This document shows, piece after piece, positions 8,142 to 18,882 of a stretch of 64,000 nt of DNA. The translations under genes and the position numbers were made by a program. This DNA comes from an uncultured Gammaproteobacteria bacterium (lineage in GTDB: Bacteria; Pseudomonadota; Gammaproteobacteria; DRLM01), in assembly GCA_963729605.1 (NCBI GenBank), contig CAVSNY010000007.1, positions 96,001 to 160,000 of the forward strand, in the 5' to 3' direction. Every line of letters starts with the position of its first letter. The first letter of the stretch is position 1. The notes below the pieces were generated by a model. The model had not been told where the DNA came from. It worked only from the letters and a program-made list of their open reading frames with translations, and did not search any database.

Positions 8142-11100
8142 TCAGATATCCAGTTTTGGCAAGGCTCTGACGATCTTCATTGTCTCTAGGCTCACGGTAA
8201 TCACACGCAGCAGCAGTTCCAACGGGTAGCGCGGGTTGCCCATGGTTTCCACAGCCCAGTGGTTAGCGTCGTTGGTGATGCCGCTGTCCTTGTCAATCTT
8301 GATGCACTGGCGTTCTATCACCCAGTCGATGGCGGGCTTGCCGTTGACTACATAGTCATAAGCCTCTAACGGAATGCCACTAACGGTGATTCGACTATCG
8401 TAGTGAATAGTGCTCAGGTCTTTATCCTTGCCTATCTTACCGTAGCGCATCTTCTCCACGCGGTAGTCGACGGCGGACAGCTTACCCGTTTCTCCCTCCA
8501 CCTTGGCGAGATACGGCGTGACAGTCTCGTAGTTCAGGTGCAAGTCGGCCAGCTTGCGACCCGCTTGCGAGAAGGCCCAGAAATCGGCTGCCTGCTTCAC
8601 GCACGGAATGCGCGGAAGCTCTTTGCTCAGGTTGTCAGCGTACCGCTCGCGGTAGTCGGCTGAATGCAACAGGCCATAGACGTAATAGAACACGTCTTCC
8701 TTGCCGATCTGCTCGCCGGGATACGCCGATTGGAAATGGGCCAGTCCTTTATCTGTCAGGGCATCGCGCCGCTTGAGCTTGACCGGCTCGGTGGCATCGG
8801 CTTCAAACAAGCCGGGCTGAGCGTCATCCTGCTCTTGCGCGACCTCGTCGTAGAGATAGAGGGGGAAGCATTGCGAGTCACCATTGGAATGCAGATCAGG
8901 AAGCCGGTTAGAAATCAATGCAATTTGCCCATCGCCAGTGTGCTTGGCATTGACCATGATGACCACGTTCTCTGCACCAGTCTCCGGAAAAATCCGAGGC
9001 ATCTGGTACACCATCTCGTTAAAACGGCGATTGAAATACATCCACTGCTTGGTATATGGCCTGTACAGGCCCTGCACCAAGCTGGATTCTTCAAAGCGGA
9101 ATTGGCGATTTTTGACCAGCTCCGATTTCAAGGATCGTGTCCAACTGATTTTTCTTGGATCAGCATCAATGAACACGTCCACCAACTCTGCTTTCGATTT
9201 GTTATGCAGTGCCGCATGGGCTTGGGCAAAGCGTTGCACTTCATGGTTGTAGAAGGCGATCATCCGCGACATATTTGATGCCACGGCGTTCTTTGAAGCG
9301 TTGTAGCACCAGCTATCACGGTTGGTCACAACGCCCAATGAGAAGTTGTCAAAGAGCTTGGCCGCATAGCCCTTTTTGTCGCCCAGCACAATGAACTCAC
9401 TGAAACTGTCCTCGCGTTGGTTCAGCCAGTCACCATGCTCATCAGGAACCACTGTTTGCCAAGCCCCAGCCTGCCCGATACCTGCCACGCTGCCGTAATT
9501 TGCTACCTTGGCCAACTTGTCTTCCCGACTCAGGTAGTCGCCAATGTCGTGGAATCGAATCTGGCCGTGCTGCGCTGCCTTGGGATTCTTGACCAGCAAT
9601 GGAGATGGCGATTGGCGCGCGGCTACCGCTGCCAAAGATCTTGCCGCCTTCCTTGCGCGAAAGCTCCCCAGCAGTGCGCTGATTCCCCCGCAGGTGGAAC
9701 ACATAGATGCTGGAGAACTCCTCCGCCAGACACTTGCGCAGGCCATCGGCGGTATTGGCTTCCAAGAACCCGGCATTAGTCACAAAGCCGATCACCCCTT
9801 TGTCACCCACTCGGTCACTTGCCCAGCGGATGGCGCGGATGTAACTGTCATACAAGCCTTTGGAGAGAGTGGCTTGGCTCCGCGCGGCATAAGTGCTGCG
9901 GATGCGTTCGTCGAGGTGCGAGTAGGCCACGTTGTGGTTGTTGTCGTTCTCGCTCTTCTGTCCGATGGAATACGGCGGGTTGCCGATGATGACGCGAATG
10001 TCCAGCTTCTTCTGTCGTTTGCGTCGGGCACTGTTGTCTTCCAGTACGGCATCTACGGCAGGTCTTCCTTCTCGTACATCTGAAAGGTGTCGGTCAGGCA
10101 GATGCCTTCGAACGGCTGATACTTGCCGCCTACGATGCCGTGATAGACGGCCTCGATGTTGATGGCGGCGATGTAGTAGGCGAGCAGCACGATTTCGTTG
10201 GCGTGGATTTCGTGCTTGTACTTGTGCGGCAGTTCCTCAGGAGCGATCAGGCCGCTTTGCAGCAGGCGGGTGATGAAGGTGCCGGTGCCGGTGAAGGGGT
10301 CGATGATGTGGACGCCCTTGCTGCCCAGCGTCTGCGCCGAACTCAGTTTGCAGGATGTGGTTGACGCTGTGGATGATGAAGTCCACCACCTCCACCGGCG
10401 TGTAGACGATGCCCAGCCGACTCGGTCATCTTCGGAAAGGCGTTGCGGAAGAACTTGTCGTACAGCTCCACGACGATCTTCTGCTTGCCGATGGCGTTGT
10501 CGATGCCTTCGGCGCGCAGTCTTCACGCTGTCATAGAAAGCCTGCAGCGTGTCGGCTTCCTTATCCAGGCGGTGCTCCTGCAGCACGTCCAGCACACCCT
10601 GCATGGCCTTGCACATGGGGTTGTGCTGAGCGAAGCTGTAATCGCTGAACAAGGCATCGAACACGGGCTTGGTGATCAGGTGCTGGGCCAGCATCTCGAT
10701 GATCTCGCCATCGGTGATGCTGTCGTTCAGGTCATCGCGCAGTTCCTTGGCAAAGTCATTGAACGCTTCACGCTCGGCTTCATGCGTCGGGTCTTCCAGG
10801 ATGGCCCTGATGCGGTCGATGTGGGTACGGGCGATCTTCGCGATGTCATTGGCCCAGTCTTCCCAATGGTGGCGGTTACCCACCTTCTGCACCAGCTTGG
10901 CGTAGATGGCTTTTTCGATCTCGCCAATCTCGAATTGCAGATCGTGCTGGTCTTCCTTGGTGTAACGCTTCGGAGCCGGTTCGCCAATGGTGAAGCCGCC
11001 CTTGCCAGCATCGCCATTGGTCTTGCCAGCCGGGGCCTTGGTTTGCTTTTTCTGCACCTTGTCGGTGATGGCGATGACTTCCATCTTGCTGGTGTCGCGG

Positions 11101-13065
11101 CCAATCAGGTCCAGCTTGTTGACCATCGCATCAAAACGGTCATCGTGTGAGCGCAGGGCTTGCAGCACCTGCCAGACAACGGCGTAAGTCTTGTTGTCGT
11201 TCAGCGCCTCGTGCGGCTCCACGCCAGCCGGGATGACTACGGGCAGGATCACATAGCCACGCTTCTTGCCCGGCGCGTTTCGCATGACGCGGCCCACGGA
11301 CTGCACCACGTCCACTTGGGAGTTGCGCGGGGTGAGAAAGAGCACGGCGTCCAGCGCAGGCACGTCTACGCCTTCGGACAGGCAACGCACGTTGCTCAGG
11401 ATGCGGCAGGTGTCGGCTGGAGGTTCGGCCTTCAGCCATGCGAGTTTTTCTTCCTTCTCGCTGGCGTTCATGCTGCCGTCCACGTGCTCTGCCTCGCAGG
11501 CCAACGTGGCGGCAGTGTTGTCGTCCTCGGTGTTCCTGGTAAGCCTCCACCACGGACTTAAACATCTTCGCGATGTTCTTGGAGCTGACTTTGTGGGTCT
11601 TGGCTCCCTTGCTGACTTCGATGACCTGGCAGAAGGCTACAGCCCGCTTCATGGGGTCGTGGTCATCGATCAGATCGTCGCTCAGTCCCTGCTTGGACAG
11701 AGCTTTCCAGCAGCCGACGATCTTGGCCGCGTCGTCCACCTTGAGCTGGTTGTTCTCGTCCTTCAGCAGGCTTTGCAGGCGGCGGTTGATATGAGTTTCT
11801 TCCACCGACAGGACAATGACCTTGTAGTCGACCAGCAGGCCACGCTTAACCGCCTCAGAAAACGTAATGACGTACAACTCCTCGCCATAGAGTGCCTTAT
11901 CGTCCATTGAACACAAGGCCACGTTGTCGCGCTCTGCTGTAGCTTTGGCGCTGTCGCCATAGATGCGCGGAGTTGCAGTCATGTAGAGCCGCTTGGCGGC
12001 CTTGATGAAATTGGCATCATGCACCTTTACGAAATTGCTTTCGTCCTCGTCGCCAAAGGTGGCGCCGGTGGTGCGGTGCGCCTCATCACACACGATCAGC
12101 TCAAAGTCGGCTAGGCCATGCGCTTTTTGAGCCTGGCTGATGACATCAATCGAGTGGTAGGTGCTGAACACCACACTCATGTGCTCGCCATCGTGGCGCC
12201 TGGCCATTTCCGCCGCCAGCCGGGCGGGCTGGGTGGTGGCGGGGTAGCGCAGCTCGTGGGTGAACGTCTGTACGGTGTCGTCATCCTTCTTGCGCTTCTT
12301 GCCCACGTCGCTGTCAGAACAGACGGCAAAACTGTGCAGAGGGATGCCACTTTCCTGAGTCCATTCGGTCAGGGTCTGGGACAGCAGGGACAGGCTGGGG
12401 ACGAGGAAGAGCACGCGCTTTCCTTTGCCCGCTTGAGCCTCGGCAATTTTCAGGCTGGTAAGGGTTTTACCCGTACCGCAGGCCATGATGAGCTTACCCC
12501 GGTTAGCAGTCTGGAACCCCTTCAGGGTGGCATTCAGTGCATTGGTCTGATGGGGGCGTAGCGTCTTGGCGGCCTTGATGACCACGGCCTTCTTGGGCTG
12601 GTACTGCGCCCAGTCGATTTGGCTGTTTTCCAGGTCGAAAAGGTCGATCTTGCTGACGGGGGGCTGCTGGTCTCGCAGGGCATCTTCGGCGTGTTCGCTC
12701 CAATGCAGGCAAGTGCTGACGATGATGCGATGGGTGAACGGTTTTTTGCCCGAAGCAGTGAAGAAGCTGTCGATGTCGCTTTTTTGCGGCTTGTAGTCTT
12801 CGGCGTACAGCTTGCATTGGATGGCGTGATATTCCCCCGTACCTTGCGTTTTGGCGACCAGATCAATCCCAGCATCACGCCCATCCAGTCCTTGAAGCTT
12901 GGCCCAATCGGCATAAGTCCAGACATCGCTGTAGAGGTCACGATAGGTGGCCTCGTTGCGTAGGTAGCTCACGATCAGCTCTTCAAAGTAAGTGCCTTTT
13001 TCGCGCTCGGTTTGCGCGGCTTGTCTGAAATTGTCGAGTAATTGGGTCAGTGCTGTCTGTGCCAT
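8142..13065 (-). CDS. Type ISP restriction-modification enzyme (LlaGI/LlaBIII-like: nuclease, SF2 helicase, N6A methyltransferase, TRD), broken by about six small insertions
   Basis: Nuclease GIDLV...AIQCK; helicase MACGTGKT, CDEAH, MTATP, SEGVD, QSVGRVMR; MTase IDPFTGTGTF and GNPPY; C-terminal ELPRIP and YVVNGKPAIDW. Pieces lie in different frames. Confidence 0.9.
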
Positions 13066-13122
13066 GAATTTATGTCTAGTTGTTTTGAGTTATTTTTCGC
13101 AGATTTTGGCTCGCACCTACCG

Positions 13123-14451
13123 TCACGCCGCTTGATAGGCTTTACCAAAAGGCCCGATGATGACTTTGCCGCCTCCGTCCTGTATCTGACTATCTACGAA
13201 GTCGGCCCACCATTGCAGCATTTCGCGTCGCTGGTCCGCATACTGCGCCCGGTTGTAGACGCCCCGGATGCCCTTGGTTTCATGGGCAAGGCATTTCTCG
13301 ATCCAGTCTGAATTGAAACCCGCCTCATGCAAATGGGTTGAGGCTGTGCGCCGAAAGTCATGAATTACGAAATCGCGAACGTCGATTTCCAATGAGCGGA
13401 CAACGTGATTCAGTGTACTATGTGCGATAGCTTGATTCAGATCGCCGCGACTTGGGAATACCCATTCCGAACCGCTTGCCAGAGTTTTTAGCTCTTCGAA
13501 CATCGCGAGCGCCTGACGGGATAAATGGACAAGATGAGGCTTGTCCTTTTTCATCCTCTCGGCGGGGATTGCCCATTCTCCCTTCTCCAAGTCTAGCTCG
13601 GCCCATTTCGCGCCGATAAGCTCCCCCTTGCGGACCATGCACAGAATCAGTAAATGCAGTGCCAGCTTGTACGCCCGTTTCATGCTGGATTGGTAAATCG
13701 CCCTTAGCAACTTACCCACCTCTTCCGAGGTGAGCGCTACGTCCCGGCTCTTGGCTTGGGCAATGAATTTCGCCTCGATAGCCGCCGCTGGATTGAATTG
13801 GGTTTTCTCCCGCGCAATGGCGTAGGCGAAAAGCCGTTTCATCACGTTGCGAGTTTGTAGTGCCATTTGATCGGCACCGCGATTCTTGATCCTGTCGGTA
13901 ATTGCCAAAATGTCGGTTACGGTCACGTCGGCAACGTGCTTGCTGCCAATCGCCGGGATCACGTCCTTTTCAAGAACGCGTTTGATGTTTCTGGGGTTAC
14001 TGTTGGCTGGCTCCACGATCTCGGCGTACCAGCGCCGCGAAAAGGCCTCCATCGTGTCGGCTTCCCTTGCGGCCGCTTCATTGACTTTACCCTTCTCCCG
14101 GGTTTTCAAGCACCAATCTCGGATGAAGGCTTGTGCCAATTCCTTCGCGGCAGGAGCGGCATCTGGGGGGATGACGTCACCGCGCTTTAACGCCATAGGG
14201 GATAGTCCGCGTCTTGCCAGCGCCTTGCACGCATCCCGCCATGTCCGGGCTTCGGCCAAGGCGTAGGTTGGGTAGTCACCCAATGTGATTTTTTCCTGCT
14301 TGCTGCCACGACCGCCTAAACGGTAGCGAAGTCGGAATGTCTTGGTCCCGCCGGGTTGTACTTCTACGAATAACCCACCCTCGTCCGCCTCCTGATAGGC
14401 CTTGTCAGCGAGCTTCAGGTTTCGCAACCTGGTATCAGATAGCGCCATCAT
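13123..14451 (-). CDS. P4-like tyrosine integrase with N-terminal arm-binding domain
   Basis: N-terminal GGLFVEVQPGGTKTFRLRYR; catalytic residues in VRKGE, HDFRR, LAH and GVYN. Confidence 0.95.
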   Translation of the reverse strand: MMALSDTRLRNLKLADKAYQEADEGGLFVEVQPGGTKTFRLRYRLGGRGSKQEKITLGDYPTYALAEARTWRDACKALARRGLSPMALKRGDVIPPDAAPAAKELAQAFIRDWCLKTREKGKVNEAAAREADTMEAFSRRWYAEIVEPANSNPRNIKRVLEKDVIPAIGSKHVADVTVTDILAITDRIKNRGADQMALQTRNVMKRLFAYAIAREKTQFNPAAAIEAKFIAQAKSRDVALTSEEVGKLLRAIYQSSMKRAYKLALHLLILCMVRKGELIGAKWAELDLEKGEWAIPAERMKKDKPHLVHLSRQALAMFEELKTLASGSEWVFPSRGDLNQAIAHSTLNHVVRSLEIDVRDFVIHDFRRTASTHLHEAGFNSDWIEKCLAHETKGIRGVYNRAQYADQRREMLQWWADFVDSQIQDGGGKVIIGPFGKAYQAA

Positions 14452-14472
14452 TCACCCCCCTTCCGCCATTGC

Positions 14473-14684
14473 GTGTGCCCACGAAAATCACCCTCATCTT
14501 GGGCACACCGTTTCACCTTAGGCGCACGGCCAAAAGCTTTATCTGGTGCGCCTCTCAGGGTGATTTACCCTCCTACTTACCCATAAAAAAGTGGTTTCTC
14601 CACTCTTAAAAAACTGCTATAAGGCACACGACCTCGGTATCATGGGCACACGTTATCTCATGTTGGGCACACATATGGGCACAC
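14473..14684. repeat. Cluster of five TGGGCACAC sites, putative integrase arm-type sites (right end)
   Basis: Inverted copy at 14473-14481; direct copies at 14500, 14643, 14664 and 14676. Confidence 0.75.
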
Positions 14685-14726
14685 ATTTAAGCGGATTTGT
14701 GTGGAACATGCAAGCCAGCTTAGGAA

Positions 14727-14756
14727 CAATAATCCCGCAGACATGCGGGATTATTG
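14727..14756 (-). terminator. Perfect 13-bp hairpin downstream of mnmE, possible terminator supplied by the island
   Basis: CAATAATCCCGCA-GACA-TGCGGGATTATTG, 40 bp after the mnmE stop; weak U-tract. Confidence 0.45.
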
Positions 14757-14796
14757 AGTAATTTGCGGTAGACTACGGACTGTGCTGGACTGATCG

Positions 14797-16146
14797 CTAT
14801 TTTCCGATACAAAATTCGGCGAAGATGCGCCCCAACAAATCCTCATTGGTAAATTCGCCGGTGATCTCGCTCAAGGCCTGTTGCGCCAGGCGTAAGTCTT
14901 CGGCGAGTAATTCGCCGGCGCGCCGTTGGTGCAGCGAGTTCTGGCCTTGTAATAAAAAGGCATCGGCGCGGCGCAAGGCGTCGAGGTGGCGACGGCGCGC
15001 CATGAACACCCCTTCGCCGCCGCGATAACCCATTTGTTCGGCGAGGCGGCGCTTGAGTAAGTCGATGCCCGCGCCGTGTTTGGCGGAGAGCGCGACATGA
15101 TCGCCGACCTCGTCTTCCCATTGCGCCGCCGCACGGCCGCTCAAATCGATCTTGTTGTGCACCACGGTCACCGGCAAATTCTCCGGCATCCGCTGCAATA
15201 TCGCGCGGTCCTCGTCGCCCACGCCGGCGTGATCGTCCACCACCAGCAGAACGCGATCGGCGCGGACGATCTCCGCCCAGGCGCGTTGGATGCCTTGCGT
15301 CTCCACCGGGTCGGCGCTCTCGCGCAGACCAGCGGTATCGACGATATGCAGCGGCAGACCGTCAATGTGAATATGTTCGCGCAACACGTCGCGGGTGGTG
15401 CCGGGGATGTCGGTGACGATGGCGGTGTCGCGTTGCGCGAGTTGATTGAGCAGACTCGACTTGCCGGCATTGGGACGGCCCGCGATTACCAGCGTCATGC
15501 CGTCGCGCAGCAAGCGGCCTTGTTCGCCGGTTTTTAACAAGGCGTCGACGTCGGCGCCGAGGCCTTGCAATACGTCGGCGACGTGGCCGTCGGAGAGAAA
15601 ATCGATCTCTTCTTCCGGAAAGTCGATGGCGGACTCGACGTACATACGCAAACGAATCAGCCGTTCCACCAGGGCGCGCACCGCCGTAGAGAATTCACCT
15701 TCCAGAGAGCGCAGCGCGGAACGCGCCGCGGCATGAGAGCTGCTGTCGATGAGATCGGCCACCGCCTCGGCCTGCGCCAAATCCAATTTGCCGTTGAGGA
15801 AGGCGCGTTCGGTGAATTCGCCGGGCCGCGCCGGGCGCGCGCCGAGACTCAGCACCCGTTGCAGCAAAAGATCCATCACCATGGGACCGCCGTGGCCGTG
15901 CAGCTCCAGCACGTGTTCGCCGGTGTAGGAATGGGGCGCGGGAAAATACAGGGCGAGGCCGTGATCGATGGCGCCGCCGTCGGCGGCGCGGAAGCTACGG
16001 TAATCGGCGTAACGCGGTTGGGGGACGCGGCCCAGCAATGCGGTGGCGATGCCGTTCACCAGAGGACCGGAGATACGCAGCATGCCCACGCCGCCCCTGC
16101 CGGGAGGCGTGGCCACGGCGGCGATGGTGTCGCTGGGATGATCCAT
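14797..16146 (-). CDS. mnmE: tRNA modification GTPase MnmE/TrmE
   Basis: [33 protein letters not shown] and C-terminal FCIGK. Confidence 0.98.
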   Translation of the reverse strand: MDHPSDTIAAVATPPGRGGVGMLRISGPLVNGIATALLGRVPQPRYADYRSFRAADGGAIDHGLALYFPAPHSYTGEHVLELHGHGGPMVMDLLLQRVLSLGARPARPGEFTERAFLNGKLDLAQAEAVADLIDSSSHAAARSALRSLEGEFSTAVRALVERLIRLRMYVESAIDFPEEEIDFLSDGHVADVLQGLGADVDALLKTGEQGRLLRDGMTLVIAGRPNAGKSSLLNQLAQRDTAIVTDIPGTTRDVLREHIHIDGLPLHIVDTAGLRESADPVETQGIQRAWAEIVRADRVLLVVDDHAGVGDEDRAILQRMPENLPVTVVHNKIDLSGRAAAQWEDEVGDHVALSAKHGAGIDLLKRRLAEQMGYRGGEGVFMARRRHLDALRRADAFLLQGQNSLHQRRAGELLAEDLRLAQQALSEITGEFTNEDLLGRIFAEFCIGK

Positions 16147-16189
16147 GGTTCACCCTGCACCGGCGCGCCCGCGAAGGGGCGCCGTGAAA

Positions 16190-17857
16190 TTAGGCCTTGG
16201 CCTTGGCGGCGGCCGCCTCGACGCGGCGGGTAATGTACCACTGCTGCGCGATGGACAGAATATTGTTCACCACCCAGTACAGCACCAGCCCCGACGGGAA
16301 GAACGCGAAGAACAGCGTGAACACGAAGGGCAGCGCCATGAAGATCTTCGCCTGCAGGGGATCCGGCGGCGGCGGATTGAGTTTTTGCTGGATATACATG
16401 GTGGCGCCCATGATCAAGGGCAGCACGTAGTACGGATCCTTGGTGGAGAGATCCTGCAGCCACAGGATGAACGGTGCCTGGCGCAGCTCCGCGCTTTCCA
16501 GCAATACCCAGTACAAGGCGATGAACACCGGGATCTGGACCAGGATGGGCAGGCAGCCGCCGAGCGGGTTGATCTTCTCTTTTTTATAGAGCTCCATCAT
16601 CGCCTGGCTCATGCGCTGGCGATCGTCGCCGTAACGCTCTTTCAGCTGCGTGAGTTTGGGCGCGAGGCGGCGCATGTTCGCCATGGATTTGTAGCTGGCC
16701 TCTGACAACTTGTAGAACACCAGCTTGATGAGCAGGGTGAGAATGATGATGGCCCAACCCCAGTTGTTCACTATGCCGTGCACGAACTCCAGCACCCAGA
16801 ACAGCGGTTTCGCGATGATGGTCAAGAAGCCGTAGTCCACGGTCAGTTCCAGACGCGGGGCGACGGTTTCGAGCCGGTTTTGCAGCTTGGGGCCGACGAA
16901 CAGTTTCGAACTGAAGTTACCGCTGGCGCCCGGGGCGAGCGTACTTACCGGCGTCACCATGCCCAATACGTAACGGCCTTCGCCCAGGGCCTTACCGTAG
17001 GCCTGATTGACCTGGTCTTGAGACGACGGCACCCAGGCGGCCACGAAATAATGCTGGATCATCGCGGCCCAGCCGCCTTTGATCTCTTTGTTGAAATTGC
17101 CGCCGTCCATGTCGTCGAACGAGACTTTTTTATATTTGTCCTCTTCGCTCGACACCACGCCGCCGGTGTAGGTGTAGATGAGCGCCGATTCGCGTTCGGT
17201 GCGGCTGCGCTGGAATTGGCGGTAGAAACGCCCATTCCACGGCTCGGCGCCGCCGTTCACCACGTCATGGTTGACGTCGATCAGATAATCGCCGCGGTGA
17301 AAAACGTAAGTCTTGGTGACGGTGACGCCGTTCTCGCCGGTCCAGTGCAGCGGGACCCGCAACTCGTCGGCGCCGTCGGCCAATCGGTATTCGGCTTGTT
17401 CGGCGGTATACAGCGCGTGATGGTCGGGGGCGGCCGACGACGCCAACAACCCCGATTGCGCCACGAATATCTCGGTGCCGCCGTCGGTCAGCAACCGGAA
17501 GGGCTCGTTGGGTTTGTCCACCGCCACCGGGTAGGCGGTGAGATCCACTTGCCGCAGGTCGCCGCCCACGGTATCGATCTCTATCGTATAAAGATCGGTG
17601 ACGACCCGAACACGCTGGCCCTTCCTCAATACCGATCCCTCGCCCGGCAGGGCGGCGGTTATCGCGGGGACATCGCCGGTCGCGGTGGCGCTGGCGCCCG
17701 CGGAGGCGGCGGCGCTGGGTACGTCGCTCGCGGCGGGCGGGGTGGTGGTGGCAACGGGCGCGGCGGGCGGCTTATTGTAGTCGGCTTGCCACGCGTCCCA
17801 AAGCAGGATCACGACCACGCTGAGGGCGGCGAATAAAATGAGACGTTTGTTTTCCAT
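16190..17857 (-). CDS. yidC: Membrane protein insertase YidC
   Basis: VDYG, NWGWAII, NPLGGCLPIL and PSGLVLYW motifs; synteny. Confidence 0.98.
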   Translation of the reverse strand: MENKRLILFAALSVVVILLWDAWQADYNKPPAAPVATTTPPAASDVPSAAASAGASATATGDVPAITAALPGEGSVLRKGQRVRVVTDLYTIEIDTVGGDLRQVDLTAYPVAVDKPNEPFRLLTDGGTEIFVAQSGLLASSAAPDHHALYTAEQAEYRLADGADELRVPLHWTGENGVTVTKTYVFHRGDYLIDVNHDVVNGGAEPWNGRFYRQFQRSRTERESALIYTYTGGVVSSEEDKYKKVSFDDMDGGNFNKEIKGGWAAMIQHYFVAAWVPSSQDQVNQAYGKALGEGRYVLGMVTPVSTLAPGASGNFSSKLFVGPKLQNRLETVAPRLELTVDYGFLTIIAKPLFWVLEFVHGIVNNWGWAIIILTLLIKLVFYKLSEASYKSMANMRRLAPKLTQLKERYGDDRQRMSQAMMELYKKEKINPLGGCLPILVQIPVFIALYWVLLESAELRQAPFILWLQDLSTKDPYYVLPLIMGATMYIQQKLNPPPPDPLQAKIFMALPFVFTLFFAFFPSGLVLYWVVNNILSIAQQWYITRRVEAAAAKAKA

Positions 17858-17859
17858 TT

Positions 17860-18090
17860 TTAGGCGTGCCGGTGAGTTTTTTCAGGAACGGGGTCGCAAC
17901 CGCCGGGATGCCAGGGATGACAACGCGACAGTCGGCGCACGGTCAACCAACTGCCTTTGAGGAAGCCATGCTCGGCGACCGCGGTCTCGGCATAAGAGGA
18001 GCAACTCGGATAAAAACGGCAATGACTGCCCATGAGGGGGCTGATGCCGTAACGATAGGCGCGAATGAGGATGATCAGGACCTTGCCCAT
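17860..18090 (-). CDS. yidD: Membrane protein insertion efficiency factor YidD
   Basis: [10 protein letters not shown]...[14 protein letters not shown]. Confidence 0.95.
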   Translation of the reverse strand: MGKVLIILIRAYRYGISPLMGSHCRFYPSCSSYAETAVAEHGFLKGSWLTVRRLSRCHPWHPGGCDPVPEKTHRHA

Positions 18091-18437
18091 TGCTCCAGTT
18101 TCTTCCAATGTTCTTCCAGCTTGGCCCGCAACTGCGGGTTGGTTTGCTGAATCGCGGGGGCCTTGCCTATGACCACGATATCCAAGCCGGCGAGATCTTT
18201 CGTGTGGTGGCGAAAGCTTTCCCGGATAACACGTTTTAGTCGATTGCGGTCCACGGCCTTGCGCGCGCAGCGGGTCGAGATGACCAGGCCCAGCCGCGGT
18301 TGGTCGCCGGTATTGGTTCGCGCCAATACCGTAAACCCGCTGGAACCGCTGCGGTAAGCCTGATCGAAAACCCGCTGAAATTCGCTAGCCTTGACCAGCC
18401 TGTTGCGCCGGGAAAAACTTCGACGATCACCACCCAA
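18075..18437 (-). CDS. rnpA: Ribonuclease P protein component
   Basis: RLGLVIS...[16 protein letters not shown]. Confidence 0.95.
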   Translation of the reverse strand: MGGDRRSFSRRNRLVKASEFQRVFDQAYRSGSSGFTVLARTNTGDQPRLGLVISTRCARKAVDRNRLKRVIRESFRHHTKDLAGLDIVVIGKAPAIQQTNPQLRAKLEEHWKKLEQWARS

Positions 18438-18454
18438 CGTTGCGCGCGGCGTTG

Positions 18455-18589
18455 TCAGGGGGTAAGACGTACCCGCCCCTTCGCCCGGCGGTTTTTCAAA
18501 ATCTGGCGTCCCTTGGCGGTGCGCATGCGGGCGCGGAAGCCGTGGGTGCGTTTGCGGTGAATCACGCTGGGTTGAAAGGTTCTTTTCAT
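18455..18589 (-). CDS. rpmH: 50S ribosomal protein L34
   Basis: Manual translation [44 protein letters not shown] (44 aa, below the ORF cutoff). Confidence 0.97.
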   Translation of the reverse strand: MKRTFQPSVIHRKRTHGFRARMRTAKGRQILKNRRAKGRVRLTP

Positions 18590-18793
18590 AGCACTGTCCG
18601 TCTAAAATCGAGGTTTACCACACACCGCCCGGCGGGATGATCGCATGCGTCGGCCCGTGATCCGCCGCTAATAAAAGCCGTCGGCGACGAGTCTAAGCCA
18701 TTGCCACCGGGGGCCAGGCGGAAAGCGCGCTAGGGTAACGAGTTTGGTCGAAGACTGTCAATAGCGACGGCGGGGCCAACCGGCGTTGAGGGG

Positions 18794-18802
18794 TGTGGAT
18801 AA
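18794..18802 (-). promoter_or_regulatory. Perfect DnaA box upstream of dnaA (autoregulation)
   Basis: TGTGGATAA, reverse complement TTATCCACA. Confidence 0.8.
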
Positions 18803-18882
18803 CTTGAATCAAGAGGTATAGACTGCTTCGCTCGCGGTAGTGTGTGGCCTGATAAATTCGTGGGGCGAAGGGGGACTGGTGC

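Larger units (their letters stand above)
2992..14822 (-). mobile_element. Integrative element / phage-satellite-like genomic island inserted in the 3' end of mnmE (trmE)
   Basis: Integrase lies next to the mnmE stop. AlpA and TOPRIM-DUF3987 genes are present. A degenerate copy of the mnmE 3' end sits at 2992-3014, tandem TGGGCACAC repeats lie inside both ends, and all genes are on the minus strand. Confidence 0.85.

Noticed and set aside
8142-13065. Programmed frameshifting or phase variation in the Type ISP gene
   Set aside because: No slippery or repeat tracts at the breaks, and the same error type appears in hemL and glgP.
14473-14684. CRISPR array from the TGGGCACAC repeats
   Set aside because: The repeats are only 9 bp, irregularly spaced, and there are no cas genes.
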